From a virus: a DNA stretch of 64,000 bases. How positions within the stretch are numbered: position 1 is the stretch's first letter; each line of letters begins with the position of its first letter. Below, piece by piece: positions 50,293-59,640 of this stretch. The notes below the pieces were generated by a model, which was given only the letters and a program-made list of their open reading frames with translations, made no database searches and was not told where the DNA came from. The DNA lies in the IMG/VR virus record IMGVR_UViG_3300037423_002564. The stretch is one strand, 5' to 3'. The position numbers and the translations under genes were made by a program.

Positions 50293-50607
50293 TCACAGGG
50301 CGATCGTTGCCGTAGCTGTCGATGACTCGCACGGCTGCCCTCCCTTCATGCGCTGGAGGGTGGCGAGGCGCAGGAAGATCCAGCTCTCCGTGCCGTTGAG
50401 GCGGTAGTCCTCCAGCATGAACTGAAGCGCCGCCTGCACGAGCGTGGTCTTGGACGCCTTGAGCTGGTGGTTGACCAGTAGGTCGGTGCGCATGCTCTCG
50501 ACGCGGGAGTGCATCTCGACCGTCAGGTAGGCCGTCACCTTCTCGGGGGCCTTGTCGCTGTGGACCGACAGTCCTTCGGTCAGACCAGGAACCTTGAAGT
50601 CACTCAT
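50293..50607 (-). CDS. Small RHH/ParG-like DNA-binding protein
   Basis: EKVTAYLTVEMHSRVE...KASKTTLVQAALQFMLEDY. Confidence 0.5.
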   Translation of the reverse strand: MSDFKVPGLTEGLSVHSDKAPEKVTAYLTVEMHSRVESMRTDLLVNHQLKASKTTLVQAALQFMLEDYRLNGTESWIFLRLATLQRMKGGQPCESSTATATIAL

Positions 50608-50940
50608 GCGAGCGACCCCCCGGAAACCGGCTCACCGGGTGGGCCTCAAGGCAACGAGCTGCGCGCGCTGGGGCGGGTTAATCTTGGCCTGCGCCGTTGC
50701 GATCATCGCGACATATGACTGAAACTCGACATGCGACATCAACTTGATGTCCTGCCCCCACTGCACGCAGATGCGCTCGCCGGTCGGGTCGTCCCAGACC
50801 CGCCCCTCCTCCTGCTCCGCCAGGACGACCGTCCGCGAGGCTTGAGGAGCGAGCTTCTCTGTATTCATGGCATAACCTCGTTCTGGGCGATGAAGGGGGA
50901 CGGCGAACAAGCGTTCGATAGGTGACGGACGTCACCCCTT

Positions 50941-51040
50941 CAAAATATCAAAATATATCCTTGTAATCAAGGACAAAAGACGACATGTCGATATTACATG
51001 TTATAAACGAAGCGATGTAAACGAACGTTACAACATGTAT
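50941..51040. promoter_or_regulatory. AT-rich control region with repeated ACATGT palindromes and minus-strand promoter
   Basis: ACATGT at 50983, 50996, 51033; TTGATT-17nt-TATTTT on minus strand (50970-50942). Confidence 0.6.
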
Positions 51041-51042
51041 GA

Positions 51043-51597
51043 TTATCGTACAGGAATGTGCCCTCGTCGGGTGTCATGCATGATCGCCTCGGAATAGCGC
51101 GAACGTGTGATACCGCGGCTCACGCCCCCCGGCCCCATGTTGTAGCAGACCAAAGCGCGGTGCCAGAGCGCCTCTTCGGGCAGGCCGTGGTACTCGCGCT
51201 CCATGAGATTGTGGTAGTCCCTTAAGATGCGACAGCCGACCGTCAAATTGACAACTGGATCCTTCCAGTCGCGCACTTGAAAACCATAGGATGGAAAATG
51301 GAACGGCATAATTTGACATAGCCCGAGCGCACCCGCACTAGAGATGCAATTCGGCCGGTAATTCGACTCGTACCAGACCAGAGCGGCCAACGTAAGCTCG
51401 GGAATGCCATTGACTTTCGCGATTCGGCGAACCATCGGCGTGTAATATGTAGCTTTCTCGCAGGCGATGTCACGACGCTCGAACTCGACGAGACACTTTT
51501 GAAAAATGTAGTCATGAAGGGTGTCCGTGGCGGCGTGGGCACGTTGCACGCAGAAGAGCAGCACGGCCATGACGACGGCCAGCATCAAGCGCTTCAT
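51043..51597 (-). CDS. SLT-family lytic transglycosylase with signal peptide
   Basis: MKRLMLAVVMAVLL..AHA; LVWYESNY...SSAGALGLCQIMP; ALVCYNMGPG; lower GC. Confidence 0.9.
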   Translation of the reverse strand: MKRLMLAVVMAVLLFCVQRAHAATDTLHDYIFQKCLVEFERRDIACEKATYYTPMVRRIAKVNGIPELTLAALVWYESNYRPNCISSAGALGLCQIMPFHFPSYGFQVRDWKDPVVNLTVGCRILRDYHNLMEREYHGLPEEALWHRALVCYNMGPGGVSRGITRSRYSEAIMHDTRRGHIPVR

Positions 51598-51692
51598 AGG
51601 GGCCTCCTTTGGTAGAACGGAAGGTCGGTCCTACCCATGCGCGGTCGCGTGGGTTAAGGCGACTTTACATCATACCACGCTTGGCCGCCTTG

Positions 51693-52340
51693 CTAGGTGT
51701 CGCCGGCCTGGCGGTGGAGGGCGCCTTCGCGGTTGTAGCGCTCGCCGTAGCGCTTGCGCAGCTTGACCAGGTTCTCGGCCAGGGTGCGCGCGGTGTCGAT
51801 CTCGAAGACGTGCGCCGTGACCATCAGCATGGTCGTGACGTCCTCCATCATCGCGCCCACGTCCTCGAAGCAGACCGGGCCCTGGTCGCGGACGTGCTTC
51901 TTGATGGTCTCCGAGATCTTCGAGCAGGTCACGACCAGCTTCAGGCCCACATACAGCGCGAGCTGCGCCTTGGCGTGGTTGCTGCCGTCCTCGACCAGAT
52001 GCGCGATGGTGTCGTCCACCTTGGTGGGCCAGTTCTCGTCGTAGCTTTCGTGCAGGCTCATGTCGCAGTAGCTGGCATGAATCTCGGCATCGTACCACCA
52101 AACGTCACCTAATTCTTTGGTCATACGCCCGGTGTCGAAGACCAAGAGCTGAAAGTCGGTCTTGAGGCTGGTGTTGTAGGCATCGAGCATCAGCTCGCCG
52201 AACTCCGCCGCCTCGCCCAGGATGCCCACGGCCGCGATCATGCGGCGCATGGGGTGCATCGGCTCCGCGTCGGCGTGCTGCGACATGCGGTTTGCCGCCA
52301 CCTGGTAGTCCATCAGGGTTTCGAGGAACTTCGGGATCAT
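51693..52340 (-). CDS. MazG-like NTP pyrophosphohydrolase, internally duplicated
   Basis: GILGEAAEFGE, KELGDVWWY, second unit ETIKKHV...ENLVKLRKRY. Confidence 0.75.
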   Translation of the reverse strand: MIPKFLETLMDYQVAANRMSQHADAEPMHPMRRMIAAVGILGEAAEFGELMLDAYNTSLKTDFQLLVFDTGRMTKELGDVWWYDAEIHASYCDMSLHESYDENWPTKVDDTIAHLVEDGSNHAKAQLALYVGLKLVVTCSKISETIKKHVRDQGPVCFEDVGAMMEDVTTMLMVTAHVFEIDTARTLAENLVKLRKRYGERYNREGALHRQAGDT

Positions 52341-53038
52341 CGGGTGGCTTCCTTGTGGGCGTAGAGCGCGGCCCCCAGCCGCAGGGCATGCTCGTGCTTG
52401 CCCTGGGCCTCGGCCAGCTCCTTGGCGGAGTAGGTGAGACGGCGCTCGACGCACTCCTGGGCATACTTGGCGTAGGCCGCGGCCAGGCGCCGGGCGTCGA
52501 TCTTGATCATCATCTCCTGGCGCTGGCCGCTGCCGTCCTGGTCGATCCACAGCTCGCAGCGCAGGCCGATCTTCTCGTTCTCGGCGGCGATCAGGATGTC
52601 GCCGGCCTTGGCCGCGAGCGCCTCTTGGAAGGTGAACACGCGGCGGTGGCTGTCCTCGGGCAGCCAGATGCGCGCGCTGCCGGCGCCGGTGCCGAAGGTG
52701 AAGAGCTTGACGCTCTGCACCACCACCTCCGGCAGGTCGAGCACCAGCCGGCCGGCCAGGTCCTCGCGGAGCATCGGCATGTGCAGGTGGCCCTGGAAGT
52801 AGCTCTCGTCGCCACCGTCCTTGCCGGCGTAGTAGCGCAGCCAGTGCTGGTTGGTGATGTGCTGGGTGTGCAGCTCGAAGTGGTCGAGCACCGTGTACTC
52901 GAAGACCTCGCGCGGCGTGTCGAAGGTGAGGTTGGTCTCCTCGTCGCCGTTGGGGTCGTATTCCGCCTCCACCTTGACCTTGCCGATGTGGTTGACGGTC
53001 TCCCAGGTGGGCATGTCGGGGAACAAGGGCTCCTGCAT
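52337..53038 (-). CDS. Hypothetical protein
   Basis: Coupled 233-aa ORF with typical codon bias. Confidence 0.65.
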   Translation of the reverse strand: MQEPLFPDMPTWETVNHIGKVKVEAEYDPNGDEETNLTFDTPREVFEYTVLDHFELHTQHITNQHWLRYYAGKDGGDESYFQGHLHMPMLREDLAGRLVLDLPEVVVQSVKLFTFGTGAGSARIWLPEDSHRRVFTFQEALAAKAGDILIAAENEKIGLRCELWIDQDGSGQRQEMMIKIDARRLAAAYAKYAQECVERRLTYSAKELAEAQGKHEHALRLGAALYAHKEATR

Positions 53039-53568
53039 CAGCGCCGGCGCCCGCTGGAGCGCGAGCTGCTCACGCTGCGGCTGTAGCTCGCGGGCTTGCT
53101 CGTGACGGGCCGGCGGTCGGTCAACAGGCCCGAGGTCTTCATGTCGCGGATGGTCTGGTTGCGGATGGTCGCGCTGCGGCCCTCGGCGGCGAGGTTCTGG
53201 CGGATGGCGCGCTCGTCCTTGGCGACCCCCGCGGCCTTGCCTATGCCGGTGGGCTTGGGGGCGGGCAGGGCCTGCACGGGCTTCGGTGCCGGCAGCTCGC
53301 GCGCGGTGTCCCGGCGGCCGTTGACCACGACCAGACGCGTGCGCTCGACCACATGGGTGTCGTGGACGGGGTGCAGGAGCACCAGCGGCTCGTGGCTGTA
53401 GTGGTGGTGCTCGACTACGTCGACCTGCGCCGGCGCGGCCACGGCCTGCGGCTGCGGGTAGACGGGGAAGGCGTTGGGCGCGGGCGCGGTCGCGCGGCCT
53501 GCGCCGAAGCCTACCAGGGCCGCCACCAGGCCGGAGGCCAGGGCGGCGTGGACGGGGTTGGTGATCAC
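53038..53568 (-). CDS. Membrane-anchored protein with Ser/Arg-rich basic tail
   Basis: N-terminal hydrophobic helix ALASGLVAALVGFGAG; C-terminus SYSRSVSSSRSSGRRR. Confidence 0.65.
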   Translation of the reverse strand: MITNPVHAALASGLVAALVGFGAGRATAPAPNAFPVYPQPQAVAAPAQVDVVEHHHYSHEPLVLLHPVHDTHVVERTRLVVVNGRRDTARELPAPKPVQALPAPKPTGIGKAAGVAKDERAIRQNLAAEGRSATIRNQTIRDMKTSGLLTDRRPVTSKPASYSRSVSSSRSSGRRR

Positions 53569-55682
53569 GGTTCTTCCTCCTTGAGGGCGTCGAGGATGAA
53601 GCTCCCCAGCGCCTGGGCGAACAGGGGCGGCGTGCCCGAGGCGGCCTGCCGGTACTGCTCTGCGAGCTTGCCCCCGAACTTCCAGTCGTCGGGGTAGGTC
53701 TGCAACCGGGCCACCTCGCCCACGCCCAGCCGGCGATCCTCGGTGGGGTGGGCCGGGATGGACACCTCCTCGGTGCAGTCGATGGGCGGCGCGACCAGGT
53801 GCTCGTCGAGCCGGGGCGTCTTGCCGGTGAGCTTCTTGGCGATCACCTTGCCCGGCGCGCAGCCGGCCAGAACCTCGCCCACGGTGCGCGTGCGCTTGAG
53901 CCGGCGGGCCCGGCGCAGGGGCTCGAAATAGCGGTAGCCGCAGGCGTCCATCCGCGCGCGCGCCACCTCGCCCAGACGGCGGCCGAACAGGCAGGGCACG
54001 GCGTTGCCCACCTGGCGGTACTGCTCCTCGCGGTTGCCCCAGAAGACCCAGTAGTCGGGGAAGGTCTGGATGCGGGCGCACTCGCGCACCGTCAGCCGGC
54101 GCAGGCCGCTCTGGGTGGCGAGCAGGTTGTTGGTGCCCGACTCCTGGCTTGCCATGATCGTGAAGGCCGGCTCGTCCTCGGTGGCGGGCCGGTTGCCGGT
54201 CTGCTTGAGGTGGTCGGCCGCGCTGGGCCGGGGCGGCGTCGCCTGCTCGTGGTTGGGGATGATGTGGGCGCTCTGGCCGTGGTAGGCGGCCATCACCGTG
54301 TCGCACGGCTTGTCGAGGTCCTGCACCTTGCCCATGCCGTTGAAGACGTGCTCCGGCGGGCGGCCGGGCCGCGCCAGCAACTCCTGGGCCTTGGCGCTCG
54401 CCGGCACGATGGGCACCGTGTTCTCGGTGTGGTTGGGGATGGCCTGCTCGCGGTGGGCCGTGACCGTGTTGGCCGGCGCGTCCCAGGCGTGGATGCCCTT
54501 GGGCCCCGCGTCCCGGCCCTCGCCGCGCATGTGCTTGACCTCGGCCGCGGAGAGCGGGTAGTCCTCGTGGTTGGTGTAGAGCAGGTCCGTGCCGCTGGCC
54601 GTGCGGATGGTCCTGGCAGGCTGATCGGGATCCAGGAGCAGCATGCCCTGGCCGGGGTGGCCGTCGATGATCTGCTGCTCCTGGTTGCCCGTGTAGGCCG
54701 TCAGCTCGTGGTTGGCGACCAGGTTCTGGTTGGTGCTCGCCGCGATGGTCGTCGCCGGCCCATCGAGGTCGAGCTGCCGCTGGCCCTGGCCCTCGCCCGT
54801 GGCGCGGTCCACGCTGCCCGTGTGGTCGTGGTTCGCCACCAGGTTCACGCAGCCGGCCTGCTGGCGCGCCACGATGGTGTCCGCCGGGCCGTCCATGTCC
54901 ATCGGCGGGTGCTTCTCCATCCATGCGGCGTTGGTGAGCACCATCGGCGCCGGCGTGGGGGCCGGCTCGTGGTTGCTGACTCCACCCGCCTTATAGGGCG
55001 CCGGAAGACCCGCGAGCGCCTGGCGGATGGAGACCCAGCGTTTTGGGGCTTGGTCTTCGACCAACTGCCCTCCTTTCAGCACCAGCATCGGCTGGGGGTT
55101 CTCCCAGTGCGTCTGCTCGGGGAACCCCATGCGCTGGCCGTCACGCCGGCCGACGAAGATCACGCGCGGGCGCTTCTGCGGCACGCCGTAGTCGGCGGTG
55201 TTGAAGAGCTTCTTCTCGATGCTGTAGCCGATGTCGCGGAACGCCTGCTCCACGGTGTGGACCACCAGGGAGTTGTCGTCGTTCTTCATCGTGAGGATGC
55301 CGCGCACGTTCTCCATGATGAAGCCCCAAGGCTGGGCCTCCTCCACGACGCGCACGAACTCCCAGAACAGCTTGTTGCGCGGGTCGTCGATGTCGCGCTT
55401 GCCGGCGTTGCTGAAGCCCTGGCAGGGCGGCCCGCCGATGACGAGCGACGCCTCGCCCGGCTTCAGCCCGGCGGCGTCGAGGATCTCCATCGTCGAGACC
55501 GTGCAGATGTCGGCCTCGATCACCTTCCAGGCCGGCCGGTTCAGGCGCAGGGTCTGGCAGGCGGCCTTGTCGTATTCGACGCACACGCGGGTCTCGAAGC
55601 CCGCGTCCTCCAGGCCGATGTCGAGCCCGCCGGCGCCCGAAAAGAGCGAAATAACGGGGTAGCACTTCCGAAAGTCGGTCAT
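53565..55682 (-). CDS. C5 cytosine DNA methyltransferase with six tandem TRD-like repeats and duplicated motif IX-X
   Basis: SLFSGAGG, GGPPCQGFS, MENVRG, YGVPQKRPR, RRLTVRECARIQTFPD, YRQVGNAVP. Confidence 0.92.
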   Translation of the reverse strand: MTDFRKCYPVISLFSGAGGLDIGLEDAGFETRVCVEYDKAACQTLRLNRPAWKVIEADICTVSTMEILDAAGLKPGEASLVIGGPPCQGFSNAGKRDIDDPRNKLFWEFVRVVEEAQPWGFIMENVRGILTMKNDDNSLVVHTVEQAFRDIGYSIEKKLFNTADYGVPQKRPRVIFVGRRDGQRMGFPEQTHWENPQPMLVLKGGQLVEDQAPKRWVSIRQALAGLPAPYKAGGVSNHEPAPTPAPMVLTNAAWMEKHPPMDMDGPADTIVARQQAGCVNLVANHDHTGSVDRATGEGQGQRQLDLDGPATTIAASTNQNLVANHELTAYTGNQEQQIIDGHPGQGMLLLDPDQPARTIRTASGTDLLYTNHEDYPLSAAEVKHMRGEGRDAGPKGIHAWDAPANTVTAHREQAIPNHTENTVPIVPASAKAQELLARPGRPPEHVFNGMGKVQDLDKPCDTVMAAYHGQSAHIIPNHEQATPPRPSAADHLKQTGNRPATEDEPAFTIMASQESGTNNLLATQSGLRRLTVRECARIQTFPDYWVFWGNREEQYRQVGNAVPCLFGRRLGEVARARMDACGYRYFEPLRRARRLKRTRTVGEVLAGCAPGKVIAKKLTGKTPRLDEHLVAPPIDCTEEVSIPAHPTEDRRLGVGEVARLQTYPDDWKFGGKLAEQYRQAASGTPPLFAQALGSFILDALKEEEP

Positions 55683-55688
55683 ACGGTC

Positions 55689-55717
55689 AGACTACCACAA
55701 CTTGGCCGGTTAATCAA
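55689..55717 (-). promoter_or_regulatory. Sigma70-like promoter giving a leaderless methyltransferase mRNA
   Basis: TTGATT-17nt-(TGG)TAGTCT-6nt-ATG. Confidence 0.65.
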
Positions 55718-56498
55718 GCGAAACCTCTGGTATTCCAGGCATTTTGGCTGTTTTTGCCAGCTCGCCAGGGCCGCGTTGTTCGACCCGCAAGGTGGCGCTC
55801 CACCCGCTCTTCTTGTCGGCCGTGGGCGTGAAGACCACCTTGAGCCGCTCGAAGAGGCGCCCGCCGATGACGTCCAGGAGCCGCTTTACCTTGGGCTCGG
55901 CGAAGAGCTGCGTGATCTCCCAGCTCGCCATGTGCGGCTTCTCCAGCTCGGCCAGCGCCACCTCCTCGATCAGGGTGCCGATGGGCACGCCGAAGCCCAG
56001 CAGCTCGCGCCCCTCCAGGTGCTGGAGCGTGCGCGCCTCGATCTCCTTGTTCTCCAGGTCGTGGACGCGCCGGCACACGGCGGCCATCAGCATGACGTTG
56101 GGGTGGGCCACGTCGCGGAAGGGCGCGGGCACCGTGTAATGCAGTCGCTCGTGGCCGTCCACCTCGATCAGGCCCGCCTCGCGCGGCAGCTCCTCGGGGG
56201 CGATGATGCCCATCGGCGCCACGTAGTAGAACAGGTTGCCCCAGAGGATGGCGGTGCGGGCCTTGAGGAAGTCCTTCTTCTCCCGCAGCCAGTCGCCGCG
56301 GGAGACCTTGACCTCGTAGACCGTGCGTTCGTAGCCGTTAGACGGCCACAGGTTCATCGCGAAGGCGTCCAGGCGCTGGAGCGCGTCCGACCGGTAGCCC
56401 GTGCCCGTCCGCAACTCCTCGAACCACGCCCACTCCGTGCCGCGGTGCTGCTGCCTCACGAGGCCCAGGATCTGCTTGGCTGTGTACTTGGGCGGCAC
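55710..56498 (-). CDS. MmcB-like PD-(D/E)XK nuclease-fold protein
   Basis: RLDAFAM...YEVKVSRGDWLRE...NLFYYVAP...EELPREAGLIEV; AGGAGG SD, GTG start. Confidence 0.75.
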   Translation of the reverse strand: MPPKYTAKQILGLVRQQHRGTEWAWFEELRTGTGYRSDALQRLDAFAMNLWPSNGYERTVYEVKVSRGDWLREKKDFLKARTAILWGNLFYYVAPMGIIAPEELPREAGLIEVDGHERLHYTVPAPFRDVAHPNVMLMAAVCRRVHDLENKEIEARTLQHLEGRELLGFGVPIGTLIEEVALAELEKPHMASWEITQLFAEPKVKRLLDVIGGRLFERLKVVFTPTADKKSGWSATLRVEQRGPGELAKTAKMPGIPEVSLD

Positions 56499-57162
56499 GG
56501 AGTTCCTCCTTGAAGCGGGCAATTTCGGTCAGCGGGATGCGATGCTTGTTGCCGCGGCGCGTGGCCTGCAACTGGCCGCGCTTGATGAGGCGGCGGATCA
56601 TCTCCTCGCAATAGCCAAGCTGGTTCGCGGCCTCGGAGACGGAGAGGCTCTTGACCAGGAGCCGCCGGGCCATCGCGATGGCCTCGTGGCGCGGCACGTA
56701 GTGGCGGCCGTCGACCCAGCGGCTGGACATGCGCCCCGTGTTGATGAGCTTGCGCACGCCCTCCTTGCTGTAGCCGATGATGCGAGCCACCTCGTTGACG
56801 TCGATGTGGCCCTCGGGCAGCGGCACCGGCTTCAGGAGCTTCTCCAGCCGGTAGTAGTCCTCCAGCTTCACGTAGCTGAAGCAGGTCGAGCCCACGAGCT
56901 TCATGCCGTGCTCGGCCATCACCCGCTTGAGCCGCTTCGGGTCGACCTTCAAGAGCGCGATCGCATCGGCCAGGAGCACGTTGCCCAGCGCCTCGCGGTA
57001 GTTGATGCCCTGCCGGCTGGCCTCCTCGCGGCAGTCCGCGGCCGTGACGGGGAAGGCGCAGTCCTTCGTGATGCGCCGGGCCACGCTCTCCGTGCTCTGC
57101 ACCCACATGTAGCGGTGCAGGATCTCCACGGCCTCGTCGGGCCACTGCTTGTGCTTGCCCAT
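56338..57162 (-). CDS. Multi-HTH DNA-binding protein with two excisionase-like HTH domains
   Basis: IDVNEVARIIGYSKEGVRKLINTGRM; LSVSEAANQLGYCEEMIRRLIKRGQLQA. Confidence 0.8.
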   Translation of the reverse strand: MGKHKQWPDEAVEILHRYMWVQSTESVARRITKDCAFPVTAADCREEASRQGINYREALGNVLLADAIALLKVDPKRLKRVMAEHGMKLVGSTCFSYVKLEDYYRLEKLLKPVPLPEGHIDVNEVARIIGYSKEGVRKLINTGRMSSRWVDGRHYVPRHEAIAMARRLLVKSLSVSEAANQLGYCEEMIRRLIKRGQLQATRRGNKHRIPLTEIARFKEELRAAQVHSQADPGPREAAAPRHGVGVVRGVADGHGLPVGRAPAPGRLRDEPVAV

Positions 57163-57479
57163 GGAACCTCCTTTAGTAGATTGGTAGATTGGTCAGACCA
57201 AGGCGGCTTAGAGCAGGGCCAGGCCCTTCTCCGTGGGCCAGCCGGAGCGCTCGGTGACGCCGCACTCGACGTAGCCTTCCTCCACGGCTTGGGTGATCTT
57301 GGCGTCGATCACCTTCGCCGGCGCCTGCGGATAGAGCCGCGCCAGCGCGGCGTCGATGAACTCATGGCTGCCGGCGTTGTGCAGGTTCCATGCCGCCTGG
57401 ACGACGGCCGTCATCGGGATCTGCTTCTTCTGAAACGTCTTGGGGCGCCCCATCTTGTACCTCGACTTGTACCTGATCT

Positions 57480-57815
57480 CTACTTCCGCGCTTCGGTCGG
57501 TTGGTCCGACCCAAGCCGCCGTTCGCGCCAGACCTTGATCACGACCTCGCCGTGGCAGGCCAAGGGCGCGCAGTAGCACATCAGCACGGCGTCCTCCGGC
57601 AGGGCATCCAGCGCCTGGAGCACCTTGGTGTCGCCGGCGGCGATCGCCTCGCGCAGCCAGCCCTCGTAAGCCTCGATGGCCTCTTGCCGGGTGGCCTTGA
57701 TCATCGGGTCCTGCCGGCTGCCCTTGTGGGTGTACGGGTTGCCCAGCGGCGATCCGCGGCCGATGTACACGCTGGTGGGGCCGAAGGGCTCCTTGTGGCG
57801 GTTGGCGACCCTCAT
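57480..57815 (-). CDS. DUF4326 protein
   Basis: VYIGRGSPLGNPY...LMCYCAPLACHGEVV. Confidence 0.85.
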   Translation of the reverse strand: MRVANRHKEPFGPTSVYIGRGSPLGNPYTHKGSRQDPMIKATRQEAIEAYEGWLREAIAAGDTKVLQALDALPEDAVLMCYCAPLACHGEVVIKVWRERRLGSDQPTEARK

Positions 57816-58701
57816 GGCGCGAAGACCTGCTGGTCCCAGCACGGCACGCAGGCCGGCTGCACCTGGCCGCCCACGAAGAACCCGTTGGCGAGCGGCGGGA
57901 CGGGCGTGCCGCAGAAGTGGCACGCTACCATCCGGTGTGCTCCGGCAGGGCCTTGAACTGGCGCCAGGTCATCAAGACCTCCTCGATGCGCCAGTCCGAT
58001 GCCTCGTTCTCGAAGAACTGCTCGCCGTTGTCCTCGATGTCCTGCTCGGCCTCCTCGCGGGTGGGCCAGGTGCAGGAGTCGCTGCCGTTGTGGACCACCT
58101 TGTAGAAGATCACGGGCGTGTCGGCGCACGCCTTGTGGAAGACCTCCGCCGGCCCGTCGCCGGGGCCGGCCAGGCGCTCGCTGTCGGTGCCCTGCGGGTG
58201 GTCGGGGCTGATGGGCTGCTTGCAGGCCGGGCAGCACAGCACGAGCGTGTTAGGCACGGGCGGCCTTGTCCTGCGGCTTGGTGGGCAGAACGTGGATCTT
58301 GGCGCGCTTGGTGGCCGCGCGCGCCTCGCGGGCCTTGGCCGCCTTCTCCGCGCGCTTCTCGGCGACGATGCGCTCCTTCTCGATGCGCTCCTTCTCCGCC
58401 TTGATCTCGACGGCGATCGCCTGCAAGGCCACGCTGACCTTGCGGCTGCGCATGCAGCGGTAGTTGACCTGGGTGGGGCAGGAGACGGCCACGTAGCCCT
58501 TGCCGTGATCACCGAAGCGCACCACGCCGTTCATCTTGCCGCAGACCGGGCAGGGCGCCTTGAAGTCCTGGAGCTGGCGCAGGGTGCGCCCGTCCTTGAC
58601 CTTGTGCAACTCGATGCGCGTGCGGCCGTTGGTCTCCACCAGGTAGACGTGGGGAGCCAGCGCCTTCCAGGAGCGGTTGTTGAGGACGTAGCTGGGGGTC
58701 T

Positions 58702-59640
58702 TCATTGGGGCACTCCCGTCTTTTCGAGGTGGCGAGCCACTTGGTAGGGGACGATTCCGATCTTCCGGTGGTTGTAAGGTTTCAAGGGGTCCTGGCCGAT
58801 GAGGAAGGCCGCTTGCAGCCACTCCGGGCGCTCCTTCATCTTGGTGTAGGGCATGCACACGAAGCTCATGCCGCTGCCGCGCCCGGCGTCGCCCTTCTCG
58901 TGCAGCCGCCAGCCGCAGTAGCAGAGGTCCTGGCCGCCCATCTTCCACGAGCTGCGGCCACAGCCCGAGCAGTAGTGGATGCCGTTGCCGCCCGGGGTCA
59001 TGCCCACGTTCGCCACGCCCTGGAGGATGCGGTGGTCGCAGTACTGGCACAGATGCTCGTCGAGCTTCCAGAGCACGGGGTTCGCTCGCACCAGATGCTG
59101 CGGCCACTCGAAGTGGTTGTCACGCTGGGCGACCGCCAACTTGCGCGCGTGCTGCGCCTCGGCGAAGGTGTTGTGGTAGGTGCGGATCATCTTGGAGTCC
59201 CAGTGGTCCGGGTAGCGGCTCCGCTCGGTGGCGTCCGCCCATCCGGCGTCCTCGGGCTTCATGTAGTTGCCCAGCTTGTCCTTGAGCGGCGGGTTCTTCT
59301 TGGGCGCGGGCTCGGGCGCCGCCGGCCGGGGCAGGCTGCCCACCAGCTCCTGCCACAGCTCCACGCGGATGACGCGGATCTCCGCCTGCGTGCTCTCCTC
59401 GCGCATGTACTGGGCGAGGGCGGGGATCTGCTGGGCGAACTCGCGGTGGATGCAGTGGCTGCGCAGGCGCTCGTCGCCGCACATACACAGGGCGGCGTGC
59501 CCGGCCATCTCCACCGTGCTCGCCTCGCAGTCGGCGCAGACGAAGTACGGGTTGCCGCCCGGCGTGAACGTGTCGGGGCTCTTATCCATCAGGATGCGCC
59601 CGCCGCAGTAGCGGTGGATGTGGTTGGTCAGGACGAGCAC
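58702..59640 (-). CDS. Cys-rich protein with two homologous metal-binding domains
   Basis: HIHRYCGGRIL..CADC..LCMCG and HLCQYCDHRIL..CSGC..LCYCG. Confidence 0.7.
   Translation of the reverse strand: MLVLTNHIHRYCGGRILMDKSPDTFTPGGNPYFVCADCEASTVEMAGHAALCMCGDERLRSHCIHREFAQQIPALAQYMREESTQAEIRVIRVELWQELVGSLPRPAAPEPAPKKNPPLKDKLGNYMKPEDAGWADATERSRYPDHWDSKMIRTYHNTFAEAQHARKLAVAQRDNHFEWPQHLVRANPVLWKLDEHLCQYCDHRILQGVANVGMTPGGNGIHYCSGCGRSSWKMGGQDLCYCGWRLHEKGDAGRGSGMSFVCMPYTKMKERPEWLQAAFLIGQDPLKPYNHRKIGIVPYQVARHLEKTGVPQ

Noticed and set aside
26720-52140. DDGRR (about 26730) and DTGR in the MazG-like protein (about 52130) as further DSGR members
   Set aside because: They are isolated inexact matches outside the clusters and compatible with chance.
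40555-56513. Long opposite-strand ORFs (e.g. 40555..43386, 45093..47510, 53748..56513) and the 1009-aa 45447..48476 ORF
   Set aside because: These are stop-poor shadow frames typical of high-GC DNA. Recognisable proteins lie on the other strand or frame, and ThyX starts at 46991.
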